Shown: in pieces, positions 36,001 to 50,600 of the stretch
How positions within the stretch are numbered: position 1 is the stretch's first letter
How the letters are laid out: each line of letters opens with the position of its first letter
Source of the DNA: Sphaerodactylus townsendi
Taxonomy: Eukaryota
Length of the DNA stretch: 64,000 nt
Direction: 5' to 3'
Assembly: GCF_021028975.2 (NCBI RefSeq)
Contig: NC_059436.1
Span: 39,308,001-39,372,000, forward strand
Position numbers and translations under genes: made by a program
The notes under the pieces: generated by a model
The model's database searches: none
What the model was told of the DNA's origin: nothing
What the model saw: the letters and a program-made list of their open reading frames with translations, nothing else

Positions 36001-39000
36001 TATGACATAGGCTGATTCCGCATGGGCCAAAAACAGCAGTGTGAAAACGGTGTGAAAATGGTGTAAAAGGGTTTCAAACGGCATAAAAGGCTTTATACTG
36101 TTTTCACACCGTTTTCACACCGCTGTTTTTGGCCCATGCAGAATCAGCCTATGTCATACTTACTGCCCCAGGGAGAAAATGTGCCTGGGGGGCTTTGTAC
36201 CCTGTGGGGCCCTCAGAGAATCTGCTGGGCAAGCTGCACAGAATGGCAGGCAGGGAGATTCTCCCTGAAAGTGGATGGCGTGGAACTTAAAGTGAACGGG
36301 TGGAAGAGAGAGAAATAAAGCGTCTCCTGCCTGTTGTGTTCAAACCCAGGACTTTGCAAAAGAATTGCTGGTTTAGCAATCTTCGAAACTCCCGGGGGGA
36401 ATAAAACGATCAAGCTCGCTGTGAGCACGGGACCTGTGCTAAGTGTCCTCCCCAAATGATTTGCATAATGTCCTATACCCATTATAGTTGGCCTGGGCAG
36501 AATCCACTCCTATTAGGATTCTGTGGGGAGAGGAATTCCCCCCCCCCCACTACAATTCAGTTGTTTAGAAACAGCCACTGATTCTTCTTATTCGCCTTGT
36601 TCCCTTGTAAAAGAAGGGTTTCTCTTGGAAGACAATCTGAAGCCTTTGTTGTTGTTTTATGTTACACACCACGAGGTGGTTCTGTAGCAGGAGGACAGGA
36701 AGATCTCTAGGAAGGCCTCTGAGTATCTACAGAGTGAAATTCTGCAAGTTTGCAAAACGACCCTTTCTACCCATCCTCTCTTTGAATTTCTCTTTGATTA
36801 AATGAAATTCATTAAACAACAGACTGCACAGTCCTAAAAATAGTGGGTGGGAGGAGGATTGCTACATTTCAGGGAGAAATTGGGTAAACAGGAATTAAGA
36901 GCATTTAGGTTTCATCAACACATTCATGTGTGAAGAATATCCAATATGCAAAAATGAACCTAGTGGCTTCCTATGATCTCTCTCTCTTTTTTTTCCAGGC
37001 TGCTGCTAAAGGCAAAGGAGCGGGGCCAGTTTTTTAAAAAAAAATTCACAGAACTGTAGTGTGTTAAATTAACCTTTTTGTGCTTAACGTTTCAGCCATG
37101 CCGAGCTTTTCTGTCACCATAGAACCTGAAAAGAACTTCATTAGTTCTGAGAAATTTGAAAGCTTCAGAATTGTTGTGAAAGCAAAGTAAGATGACCACT
37201 GAAGTTTCTCTCTTGCCTGTTGTGTACTGTTTTGCTTTTTATTCTGACAAATGCCAGGATGCAGTCCAAGATCTCCACCCACTATCCTCAGCAGCATTGC
37301 AAGAGAAACTTGCATATATGTATACACATTCCAGCCTCTTGGAAGCGTGAAATGGCTAGCCCTGGTTCAGCGTCCTACTGGTACCACTTCATAAATCTAA
37401 TATCTAGATGTATCAATTGGCTCTCCCACAGATTGTTTCTAAGGGCAAAGTGGGCATGAGGAAGCTTGGATCAGGTGGAAGAAGAGGTAGAGATGCGGGG
37501 TTACCCTTTTTCTCTTACCTTTTACTTGGGCTCATTCCGCACATGCAGAATAATGCACTTTCAAACTGCTTTCAGTGCTCTTTGAAGCTGTGCGGAATGG
37601 CAAAATCCACTTGCAAACAGTTGTGAAAGTGGTTTGAAAACGTATTATTTTGCGTGTGCGGAAGGGGCCTTGGTGAAGTGGGGTTACCTTTTCCCTCCAC
37701 ACCATTTCCTCAGTTCATCTACACATTTTCCATTGCAGCATTCAGTGGGGATGGTCATTTTAAATTGGGAAAACAGAACTAGGGATATTGCACCATAGTC
37801 TCATTCCAAGTTCATAACCCCATACATATCTGTGCTCTCATCTTTAAAAATGATGGGAGAATTAGTCACAGATTACCTCTTGGCTCAGTTGGATGTTTCC
37901 TAACTTTGTTCTTGGTTTAAACCTCACTTGTTACTAGTCCTAAAAAAGACGCCCCTTTCCTAGGTCATTCCTATTGGCCTATACTTCTCCCCCACCCCCC
38001 ACCCCATTTCTGAAATCAAAACAGCTCCCGTTCTGTATTGGTATTTGTTGCAGAAGTGACAACTGAGCTAAATTATATGGGGTGTTCTTTTTCTTTTGTT
38101 TTATTTTCAAGATATTTTTACAACAAGCGAGTGGCCAAAGCAAATGTTTATTTCCGTTTTGGAATAATTCAAGGAACTGAAAAGACCATGATGCCAAAAG
38201 CAGTGAGGTTCAGAGAGGTACGTTTGAATAAAAAATAATCAGGTCAGGCCTGCTCCACTTCCCACTGAAACTGCTGAGGTTTAGATCAGGTTCCAGGTTT
38301 ACCCTGACCGTCATGTGGTGTCAGCGTTTCCATTTTAAACCGCTATTATCAGGGAGCATAAGAAGAAAAATGCACTTTGGGCCGAAAGTTAGCAGACGGT
38401 ACCTCATCTAGGGAGCAGTTTCAGTTTTGTGCGTGCAGCCAGACCACATCAGTAGATGCCTTGTGACGATTTTCCATGACCAGTTGTAAGCCATTCTTCA
38501 GCAGGGCTGTATTACCATTTCAAACACACTGCAAACAGTAGTTTAGAAACAGCAAAGTCAGCTGCAATCTTCAGACTCTTTAAAATGGATATACAGTTTT
38601 CTACATCTGGATATTTAGGGACAGGATAAAATCTACTCAAGACGAGTGTAGATTTTAAATTTTCTGGTCTGTCTTAGAAAGATCCTAGCAAATACAATTG
38701 CAGCCTTGTCAATTGCAAGGGACGCAGCAGAGTTCAAGGACCACAACTCAATGTGATGCTCTCACTGTTCTTGGAATGATGAATAGCAACCTTGGGTGGG
38801 ATGGAGAACTGTGTTTGACTTTGTTATAGTTTGGGAGGTCAGTTAACCTATTCTCATCATGCTCTTTTCTTGATTTCAACCAGGAACTGTTGCAGGGGGA
38901 AATACCTGTGATTAATAGTTATGGGTAACAATGAACAGATCCACCCAAGGGCATATCTGGGGCCATTCTTAGCTGCCAGGTTTCCTGCAGCTCCAGCATT

Positions 39001-42000
39001 TTCCCAGTTACTGCTTCTATTTTAGTTATTTAATGAATTGAGCAACTGACCTTCCACCTGCCAGCTCAGGATCCAAGCACATGTTTTATATTGCATGGAA
39101 ACCTGCCTGTAGAGAAACCAAAAGTGAGAGCTTTAAATTTGGGTGGGAAAATTAAGATGTTTCCTGCTTTCTGCACAGCAAGCAGAAAGCATCTTCAACC
39201 TGTCTTGGGGGAAAAGATCACCAGTTTAGTATTTTCAAATAAGTCAGGTTGAGGAGAAATAGAACGTCCTGAGGACGTCTTGGGGAAAAAGCTGTGTGAA
39301 CTTCTTCCCCAAGACATTTTTTTTTCACATCCTCAAGATGTTTTAATTGGGCTGCGCAGAAAAGACCTTTCTGAAACCCTGGCAAGGATCAGGTGACACA
39401 TCTGCCATAAGCATTTTATTTTCTCCTTTCCCTTTCTCTGCACTCACTTAACTGATAACCTTGATGTAAACTCTACAAACAAATTGAACTCATTGATATA
39501 AATGGATTCACTCTAAAAAGAGCAGATTTCAATACTGTAACATAACCAGAGGTGGGATCCAGCAGGTTCTCACCAGTTCCCGAGAGTGGGTTACTAATTA
39601 TTTGTGTGTGCCGAGAGGGGTTACTAATTGGGTCTGCTTTTGCGTTAGAAATTCCATTAGGTCCAAAAATCATAAAGTCCTATTGTTTCCTATGTGGCTG
39701 GTTAGTGAAGGTAGAAAATGCGATAATTCTCCCTGTTGGGCTGTTGTTAAAACATGTTTTAGAAATATGGTAAAGTTTCTTGTTTAAGGAAAGCATCCTT
39801 CTTTTGATTTCTAGGAACAAAATTAAGTATTTGAAAGTATTAAGTATTTGACAGGCAGTCAATTAGAGGAGAAGTAGTTGTTTCTGTTGGCAGTAGACGA
39901 TAGGACTTGCTATAATGAGTTTAAATTATGGACAGAAAGATACCAGCTGGAAATTAGGAACTCTTTTTTTACAGTAAGAGTTTTTTTTACAGTAATAGAG
40001 AAATTATTAATGCCCCCCCCCCCGGAATGCCCAGCCACGCCTCTGTGGTGCCCCGCCCAGCCACATTGGCGCTATGCCACTGTTTGAATCCCACCACCAT
40101 GAGAACCTGTTACTAAAATTTTTGGATCCCACCACTGAACATAACATCCCAGTGCACAAACCATGTAAACAGTTGTTGCTTGTTGGATTCAAACTGATTT
40201 TGTCCCGTTGATTTCCAGCCAGTTCTTCTTTTGAATGAGGGAGAACAGAGCTCTTTGAAGTACTCCCAGCTCTTGCAGTTTCTGGGAACTCAGCTTGAAA
40301 TATTTGCTATTACTTGGTCAGAGGCCAATATGTTTTCCAGGCAAGAAAACATTGCTGTTCTTAGAATTTCTCATTTTTCATCACAGCTAGAAAATGGAAG
40401 GGTAACCATGTAGTTGCCAGGGTCTTCAATTTGGTCAGTTATCTGCCAACTATTTTCAAAACTCAAAAGCATTCGTCTCAAAAACTAGGTCAACGAACGA
40501 AAGTTGTTAGGTTTGCTTTGCTTTGCTTTTTTCCTCTTCTTTTTTTAGCATCCTGCCATTCAACAGCGAATTAATAGATCAAAGCACGCTTTGCCAGTAC
40601 TGGAGATGTGGGTAACGGTAATAGGGCAGAATGCTGGTACTGATAACGTTATGGTGTAGCCCGTGGGCAAGGCAAGCAGGTCAAAGCTATGCTGTGATGA
40701 TGCTTTCATTTTTTTTTTGCAACTGCTAGATAAGCAGAGCAGTGTTGTTTTTTCCTGGTGAGATATGAATGCCATTCATTCGATGGAATTAGGATCTCTT
40801 TCAAAAGGGTCTTCCCCCTAAATAACATCTCCAAGACCAGCTAGATTGACACAGTTTGGGAGTCTCAGTGTGTGGATTAGATAGTGGTGTGAGCAGGAGG
40901 GGTTAGATATGTTAGGAATGTTTGGGGACAAGCCAGGCCTATACAAAAGAGGTGGGCTCCACTTCATCCAAGATGGAACAAGACTGCTGGTGTGTAAAAT
41001 AAAAAAGGCGTCAGAACAGCTTTTAAACTGAAGCAGGGTGGGGGTGCGAGTGGGGGTGAGCTGACAGAAGCTGAGAAACATCTGATTCAGTCAGACTCAT
41101 TGCAAATGGGTATGAAAGGGAATGATAAAGTAAAGGATAACCTCTCAAGGAGGCCAAGGAGCACATGCCAGGCAGTTGAAATAGAGACACAGTATTAAGG
41201 TGTTTCTGTGCTGATGCCAGAAACCTCCAAGTGAAAATGGGGGAGTTAAGAGTCCTTGATTTTAAGGGAAAACATATAGATATAGTGAGCATTACAGAAA
41301 CCTGGTGAAAAGGAGAGAACTGGTGTGATGCAGTCATCTCTCAATACAGATTTTGTGGAAATTAAGGGGAAGGGCACATTGGAGGGGATGTTAGCAAGGG
41401 CTGATGGGAATTGAAGTCCATGAACATCTGGAGAGCCGCAGGTTGCAGACCCCTGATGTACACCAAGAAAGGTATAGTGGCTAATGAACTAGCAACAGAG
41501 GTGGGATCCAACCAGTTCTCACCACTTCTCTAGAAGTGGTTACTAATTTTTTTCTGAGTGCCGAGAAGGGGTTACTAAAGCAACCTCCCTGCCCAATAGG
41601 GACTGGAGGTGCGTGTGTGCAGCGGTGCCACTGTTTGAATCCCACCACCATCGAAACCTGTTATTAAAACTTTTGGATCCCACCACTGACTAGCAACCAT
41701 AAAAAGGGCAGACTCATTCACAGAATCCTTATGGAAGAGAATACCAGGGCCAAAGGGTAATTTAGTACTGGGACGTTCTATTGGTCCCCTGACCAAAAGG
41801 CTCAGGGTGATCTAGAGATGGAGAATGAAATTAGGAAGGCTTCCAATGGGGATGAAGTAGTAACATGGGAGACTTAACTACCCTCATATTGACTGGATAA
41901 ATCCATACTGCACTCACTAGACAAGGAATAGAGAATAAAAATGCTGCTATCATACTGCCCTTATACAAGTCACATTTAAAATACTGTGTACAATTCTGGT

Positions 42001-45000
42001 CGCCACACCTAAAAAGGGTATTGCAGAGCTTGAGAAGGTGAAGGAAGGAGCATCAAAAATGAACAAGGAATAGAGCAACTGCTGTGTGAGGAGCAGTTAA
42101 AATGATTCAGGCTGGTTAGCTTAGGAAAAAGGCTGGTAAGGAGAGACTTGATAGAAGTCTGTCAAATCCTGCATGGTGTGGACAGCGAGAAAATTTTCTC
42201 CCACTCTTCTAGTGCTAAAATTCAGAGTCCTTGACTGAATCTGAAAGGCAAGAGATTCAAAATAGACCAAAGGAAGTATTTCTTCCCACAATGCATAGTT
42301 AAATTGTGGGTCTCCCTGGCCCAGAGTGTGGTAAGGGCTGCCAACATGTAAGGCTTTAGAGGGAAGTGGACGTGTTCATGGAGGATAGAGATATCCATGG
42401 CTACTCGTAATGAGTAGTCATGATGCATACCCATTCTATTCAGTATCAGAAGATTATGCCAGCTATATTAGGTGCTGTGGAACACAGGCAGGATAATACT
42501 GCCATAGTCGTCTTGTTTGTGGGCTCCCTGGGGTACCTGGCCTGCCACTGTATGAACAGATTGCTGAAATTGATATGCCTTGGTCTGATCCAGCATGGCT
42601 TTTCTTATGTTCTTACCTGTGGACTTCTGAACATTTACATTGAAAAGATTTATAAAAATTATCTGGCTTTATTATATGCAGAGGCGTAGCTCCAAGGGGA
42701 TGGGGGGGGTGCGACGCACCAGGCATGTGCCCCGTGGGGGTGTGGCGAGGGTGTTCTGGGGCCGGGGCATTCTGGGGTGGGGCGGAGGATGCACCAGTGC
42801 ACTGGGCGCTTTCCACCCTTGCTACACCTCTGATTGTAGATGAGTAAAGGCTGTTGTATCTCCATAAAATGTACACTGTGCCTGGCTGCATCCAATATAA
42901 TAATGCAAAAATAATATATTTATCTTGATTTTATTTCTCAGATGGACGATGGAGTTACAGAGTTTAATTTTAACAGTCAAGCTGCTGTTGGTGAAATAGG
43001 ATATCACAGTCTTGAGCAGCTTGATGGCTCAAGCCTTTACATTGCTGTTTCAGTGGTGGAATCTACAGGTAATTCTGACACTTTGGGCTTCATTAAAAAA
43101 AAAACACTTAATGTATTCCCAGTTATGTGGTCCTGGGTGTTCCTTCCTGGGTCTCAGCAAGACCAGACCCTAACAGTGGATGTCAGAAACAAAGGGCGCC
43201 AAGTTGTTTTAAAGTTCGTGGAAGACATTTTTAAAGTAGCCCTTGAGAGAAGGGCAGTGGGACTGGAAAGAGAGGGCTGGACAGGACAGACTAAGTTGGA
43301 GGAAGGTGGTCATGCATAGAAAGCAAGCTAGTGCATAGCATGGCAGGCGCTGAGGAGAGGCCATGTGACTTCCTTTAGCAGCAAATTGCTCCGAATGAAG
43401 AGAAGCAGCAGGGCCTTGAGATTATGCGGGGGAAAGGAGGGGGTGGTTTGCGGAGTGAGGATGTGAACCTGGTTTCTCCTTGATCAGTGGTGGCGAACCC
43501 TTGGCACTCCAGATGTTATAGACTACAATTCCCATCAGCCCCTGCCAGCATGGCCAATTGGCAGATGGGAATTGTAGTCCATAACATCTGGAGTGCCAAG
43601 GGTTCGCCACCACTGTCCTAGACCCTAGTGCAGCTCTGTCATCAGTACACCACAAAGGCCGGATAGGTCAAGCAACAGCTCTCAGTGGGTGCTCCCAGAC
43701 AAGACAGGTATTGTTTCTACAGCAATCTGAGTGTTAAGGTTTCTTCTTAACAAAGTCCCAAGGTTACTCAGTGAACTGCCTGGCACACTGGACATTTCAG
43801 ACCATGTCTCCCTAGTCTTAGTTCAACACTCTAAATACCTACTCTCTAATGATTCTCCAATCTCAATGGAAAAGACAGCCATCTTTAGCCTTCTTCTGAT
43901 TAGTTTGTTGATCTTTGTACTGGGCCTTGGAGAATCTTCGAGTTTACGAGATCCTGGATGCAGACACCTGTGTACCATCCATCGCCCCTCCCTTCTCTTT
44001 GAAGTCTTGGTTCAAAGAATATCTTAGAACAGGGACATGACCCATTTAGGGAAGCTCTTTTTAGAAGTAATGTTGTCTTCTTTCAGGTGGTCATAGCGTG
44101 GAAAGTGAATTGACAGGTGTCAAGTACGTCTTATCCCCTTACAAGCTGAATTTGGTTGCTACTCCTCTCTTTGTGAAGCCTGGGCTCCCATTCTACATTA
44201 AGGTTGGTTGACACCAACAAAACAAATGCAGACTTGATGATATAATTTTATCTCAATAATATTTCATACATCCTATAAGCTTGTGGCATGTTCTTCGTTG
44301 CACTGGCCATTATTATATGATCTGCTGTTAATACTGTCATGATGAAACTGTGCTGTTTGCCAAGCGTTGATTGTAATCTCTTAGTTCTCCCACCCCGACA
44401 CGTTTGCTTTTTGTGTGCATGTCTTATCATCCCCATATTCCATTTTTTATTGCTCTGGAATTTCTCTATAACTCAATGCACTCCTTACTTCCTGTTTAAT
44501 AAGAAGATTTGGTATGTACGTTTTGGTAAAAATAATTCCAAAATAAGATCAGTTTGTTATGGTCTTTGGAGATTTCTATTCACTTATATTTTCTTTCCCT
44601 ACCCCAGTATGTCACCAATACACAGGTTAATAGCAGAATGCAAGGAAGGCCAAAATGATTGTGTATATGGCTGCATTGGTTTGTTTTTGCATGGTACGTT
44701 ACCAGTGCGCACATGCACTTGAGTGCATTGTTAAAACATAGTCTTCACACACCCATATGTATGGACACAACAAGGTTGCTTTTCTTCAGTGTTTTAACAA
44801 TTACAGATCTGCACTCGAGAAAGCACAAATGGATAAATTGAAAGCTGCAGTCAATGGTACGTGTACAGTAAGTATCCTGGCCAAATTTGGAAATATGCCT
44901 CAGTTCTGCTCTGAAAGTAAGACCAAGTATTTTGGAATTCCAAAATCTGGGGGAGAAATTCATTGAGAAGAATATTGGAAGCATCCCTGTTGAAACCCCC

Positions 45001-48000
45001 CTTCATTCAAACAGGTTCAAAGCATGCAGGATATCGCTATTTTCCTGGTATGAATTCGCATGAGTGCTTGATTTCTGCTTCTCCCCCATTTTCTTGAACG
45101 ATGGTTTTGATTTGTTTCTGCTATCGCTCTTGTATGCTGTAATAGAAGAAGAAGAAGAGGAAGAGGAAGAGGAGGAGGAGGAGGAGGAGGAGGAGGATTT
45201 ATATTCCCCCTTTCTCTCCTGTAAGGAGACTCAAAGGGACTTACTATCTCCTTTCCCTTCCCCCCCTCACAACAAACACTTTATGTATTGTTGAAATCTT
45301 TATGTTTCCTTATTAGGGCAACTGTTCTAAATGTTGTCTTCTTCAGGTTTTGGGACAGAAACTGGCAATTTTAGTGGAACCCCCCCCCCCCCCCCATTTT
45401 AGATTCTCAAATATTGGTCTTCTTTTCTTAACCAGTTCATTGTCAGTGTTTCTCATGGCTGCCTCTGCTTTGACACTATCCCCCCTCCCCACCCCTCACA
45501 CACGTATACACGCCACACCAACTGCTGGATCCGCCTCATTTTCCAATGGTTTGAGCCAACTCAGGAAACTTGCATCATGAATAAATGACATGCCAGTGCT
45601 AGGTTGCTGAACAGATTTAGTTCAGGGTGACAACAACAGAAGAACATGAAAGCAATGTGCATGAAAGAGAAGACATTCCAAAGAAAATGTATTTTTATAT
45701 TATTCAAAAAATCTTAGCAAAAAACTTGAAAAATCTGTGGTTAGCAAAATACACACACTTGGCAAAGTAGTGCAAACTTAGTAAACTTCTTCAGAATATT
45801 CCCAGTTCAGTCATGTTTGTGAAGATAGTTCTCTTTCTGTGATCCTTAATAATAAACACAATAATAATAAACACAAGTACTGCAGAATGTGTGGTATTAT
45901 ATCAGGATAATGAATATACTATTATAATAGAATGGATTTTGGATGAATAGGTACAGGTGAAGGATACATCTGATGAGCCCGTTAGAAACATTCCTGTGAT
46001 TTTCACTGCAAGTGCTTTTGATGAGCAAATGGAAGAGACGACGTTATTTCAAGAAGGCTCAGAATCTGGGAGAGGTCAAACCAGCCAAAATGATGGAACG
46101 GCACTGTTTGTGGTTAACGTCCCTCCTGGTAGCAAAGTGCTTGAGTTTCAAGTGAGTGAAATACTTTTGATGTTTTACTTGTGTTCTCAGTGTTCCTTGG
46201 GATTGTATGTTTTGGCCAACGCACCATGTCGTTGGGAAATATTTTTATGTTTTGAGACTAGTAAAATTTTAAAAAATGGATTTAAATAACTCCTTTAAAA
46301 AGCACTATTCAAAAAATACTGCCTGCACAAAGAAGTAGCAGAATTTTTTTTAAAATCATATATAAAAACTTGACGGAGGGGGGAGTATGAGGGGAATTGA
46401 TGGGTGCATTCTGTAAGCATTGGTTGATGGGGCTTCTTCTCAGTGACTGACCATCAGACATGGAACAGGGATGCTACTGAATTCTGACATCCTCCCTCAT
46501 TTTTTACTCAAAAATCTTAGTTTCACTCTGGTGAGAATTCAGCCTCCATAAGTCTTTATTTTTACTGGTTGGATAGGCTAGTGTTTCAATTCAGAGTAAG
46601 ATATAAATATTTTACATTCTAATACATTAAAACACAGTGGCAACTTCTGATATTTAAAATGCTAAGTTGTTCAGTTTGTGAATTAATCATTTGTATCTAG
46701 ATATTATACATATGAGCTGATTTTCTTCTGGGATTGTACAGTTCTCCCTGAAAGTCTAAAATAAGTGTTGAATAGTGTTTTTACTGGTATCTGACAGGTG
46801 CTATGCTCTGTATGCCGGCAATGTAAGAGCCGAGTCTAGCAAGTACACAGAGTAGAGCTTTTCAGATGTGGGCCCCAGTCTGTAAAATACTTTCCTGAGG
46901 AAATTGACCTAGCCCCTTTAATTGTCTGAAAACTTGTTAAGACTGTTTTGTTCTGGAAGGTTTGGAATTGGAAGGTCTTAGGCGGCTTTCTTTTGAGCAG
47001 TTGCTTTTCTCTCTGATTTTTTTTCTTATTGCCGTTATTTTTGTTGAGGAATCATACTTGCTGATTTTGTATTCCTGTTTTCTGCTATTTCATCTGTTGC
47101 TATATATTGGCTGTATTCATGTTTTAGTTAAGGATGCTTGTTTTTATTTGTGGTTCTTATGGCTTTGATATAGTTTTTACTGTCTAATTGTTAATCTATT
47201 TCTGTTTTAATGTTGCAAGCCTCTTTGTGTGCTGTTTGCAAACAGCATTTTCTGAAATATTTGAATTTCCCGAAATATCTGTTGAAATCCAAGCAAATCC
47301 CAAATCTAAGCAAGATGTGTTCTGAGTTATGCCTTGTTTTATTTGAGCAATGTGATGGATTATTTCTCTCCCCACCCCCACAAGGTAGTTTACATTCAGA
47401 AAGGTGGGTAGCTCTATGTGGACACTCAGTAATCTATTCCTGTCACACAGAGAAACATTAAATTGGCACCAGAGGCATATAGAGTTCAAACAAAGATTTA
47501 GATGTTTATTTATTTACAAGGAAATTGAAGTAAACCAGAAGAGTTTTAAGCCAAGAATCATATTAATAAGTATATAAAAGAAGCTGTTTCAGAGAAGATA
47601 CTTGTTTATAGTATCTTTAAACTGCTGCTACAAAAAAATTATCCTAATTCTCAGGAGGTTTTTTTTACTATTTGTAAATCTCTAATTCCAGTGCTGACAA
47701 GACTTAATTCCTCACTTCAGTTAAGTGTAACTGGCACAGGTCCTAAACCACTAACTCCTAGACTATCTTCCTTATCTGAGATGTCTGTTTCATGTGGTAC
47801 CAGAGAAGGACTTCCAGTTTTCCTAATTAGCAGATTTTGAACGAAAACCTAATCTGTTTACACTTCCACCACCCTCAGGAGCTTCAGTGCCCCATATCTG
47901 AGTGAGTTTCTTCTCAGAGAAACTAAAGTAAGTCATGAATGTGATTAATTAGAGTTTCTGAGTAATGGTTACATACAGGACCTTGGTGCAGATTCCTTCA

Positions 48001-50535
48001 CAGAAATCTGCCCTTATTAGCCCGTACTCTGAGTCATTCAGCTCTCACAGAACTATCCTTCAGGCCCTTTGCAGAATAGTGCACATGCAGAATAGTGCAC
48101 TTTCAATCTGGCTGTGCAGAAATGGCCTCTGCTTTATAGTTCCATAGTTCTTTATAGTTCTGCTTTATAGTGTACTATTTCCCTGCATCTGTCTCTGTTA
48201 TTGTTCTGTCTACCTTAATTGACTCTTTTTGCCAATATTGAATTGTGTTCTATGCTATCATTTTCCAGTTAAAAACAGCAGATGCCAAATTACCAGAAGA
48301 TAACCAAGCTGCTAAGAGCTATACGGCAAAAGCGTATGTTTCTCTCAGTGGAAGCTACTTATATATTGACTGGGCTTCAAACCACAGAGTGCTACGTGTG
48401 GGGGATAGCATCAGCATCAATGTGCACCCACTTAGCCACTATATCGACAAAATACATCATTACAGCTATTTGGTATGCCATGGAACTCTTTCCTCTTAAC
48501 ACATTGCATTGTATCATATACCTGTCTGCCTGTACACAGGTAATGCCAGATGCCTATCAAGATTTATCCAGCAGGCACTCTGGAAAGTTTCCTCACTTCA
48601 TCAGGTCTATACCACATCTGCAAAATTGCATACTTTCTCAGAAACTGCCTTAACTCTTTGGAAATATCTGAGGAAGTGCTTTTGAAATCTTCCTGCTTAG
48701 AAAGTCTTTTAAATAATCACAGCAAGTACCTGGGCTATGGGACTGTGAGTATTGATTGTGCTGGCTCTGCTTAATTTTGGTCATGCCTATTCTTTTTCTG
48801 TGACATTTATTATGAAGGATAAGGTGGCTTACCATAAAAACAAACAAGAATATAATAGCAGAATATAATAAAGCAAGCAACTTTTGGAAAATAAATTAAA
48901 AAACGTAGGGTACCGTACATCCAGGATCCAATAGACAAATTAAAACCAAACAGCTGGAGTAAAATCAGCCTGGAATGATTACCTGTGGAAATAGGGTGAT
49001 TTTAAACAAGTTTCCTGATTGTTAGAAGGAAAGTAATATTAATTCCAAAACCCTCTTTCTGCCAGGAAGGCCATACCATGTACACCTGAAAGTGGAAATC
49101 TAGACCTCTCCAGCAGATCTAAACACACAGGTTGATTCTTAGTGGAGAAGATGGCTCCTGAGGTACCCTGGGCCCAAACCCCACACATAGGGCTGCCAAC
49201 TTCCAGGTGGTGGCTGGAGATCTCCTGGAGTTACAACTGATCTCCAGGTGACTGTGATAAGTTTCCCTGGAAAAAATGGCTACTTTGGAAGGTGGAGTGA
49301 ATGGCATTATACCTCATTGGAGTCCCTTCCCTCCCCAAACTCTCCCTCCCCCAAAATATTTCCAGAGATTTTCCAATCCGGAGATGGCAACCCTACCTAT
49401 AGAGCTTTAAAATTCAACACCAGTACTTTGAATCCGGCCTAGTAACCAGTCAAGCAGATTAAAGGTGACCTATAATATGCACATAGCCCATGATTCATGT
49501 CTACAGTTAGCTGCATAATGGGGGTTTTAATATTTATTATAACTGTTAAAAATTAACTATGAAAAACTGCTTTCCATCTACGCATAACATGATATATAAA
49601 TGAATAAGATACATTTAAATAAGTGACTATTTTACCTTTTACCCAAGTCTGGTGCTAGCTACTGGCAGAGTGAGGCATTAGCAGATTTTGAACAAAATTG
49701 GGGAAACAGCAAATTGACAATGATTTAATTGTTTGTACTGTACAAGGCTATCAGAAGTGCACCAAATATGTGTGCAATCCACAAAAACAATCAAATTTAA
49801 ATGCATGCTGGGCTGCTTTCAAGTCAAGTCATTTTATTTATAGTCAGCAACCAGTAGTACAAGATCAAGGTACATCAGTTTCAAGGTACCGTTACCATAG
49901 TATATATATAGACAAAAGAGTACTAGAAGCACTATTCAAAATGTTACCGCTGGGCTGCTTTGAACATTCTCCAAGATGCCAGAGGCTGTCATTTTCAATC
50001 TACTTTCTTTCCTGTGGCCTTTTAGATCTTATCCAAAGGGAAAATAGTGAGCTATGGGACTCAGGATAAGATTAAAGACTCTGTGTACCAAAGCCTAACT
50101 TTTCAACTCACTCACAAAATGGTACCTTCGGCCCGCCTTCTGGTCTACTACATAGTTACAGGAGAAGGAACTGCAGAACTGGTGGCTGATTCTGTCTGGC
50201 TGAACATAGAACAAAAATGTGGGAACGACATTGAGGTGAGTAACCGTTCTTTATATATTAGCTGGTCTGTGCATTTTGTTGACACAGTCTGGAGCAAGCT
50301 CATCATGACTGACAACTCCTTGAAATCAGGGGCTTTCCTTTAGTGAATCATGTCTGTTTTTAACCCACACAGGTTAAATTGTCAAAAGGCCAGACATCAT
50401 ACAAGCCGGGACAGATCATATTCCTTTCTGTGAAATCCCAGTTTGATTCTTTCATTGCTTTGTCATCCATGGACAAGGCAATTTATGGAATAACAGGAAA
50501 AAAGAAGAGGCCTATGGAAAGAGTTACGTGACATT

Positions 50536-50600
<65 letters not shown>

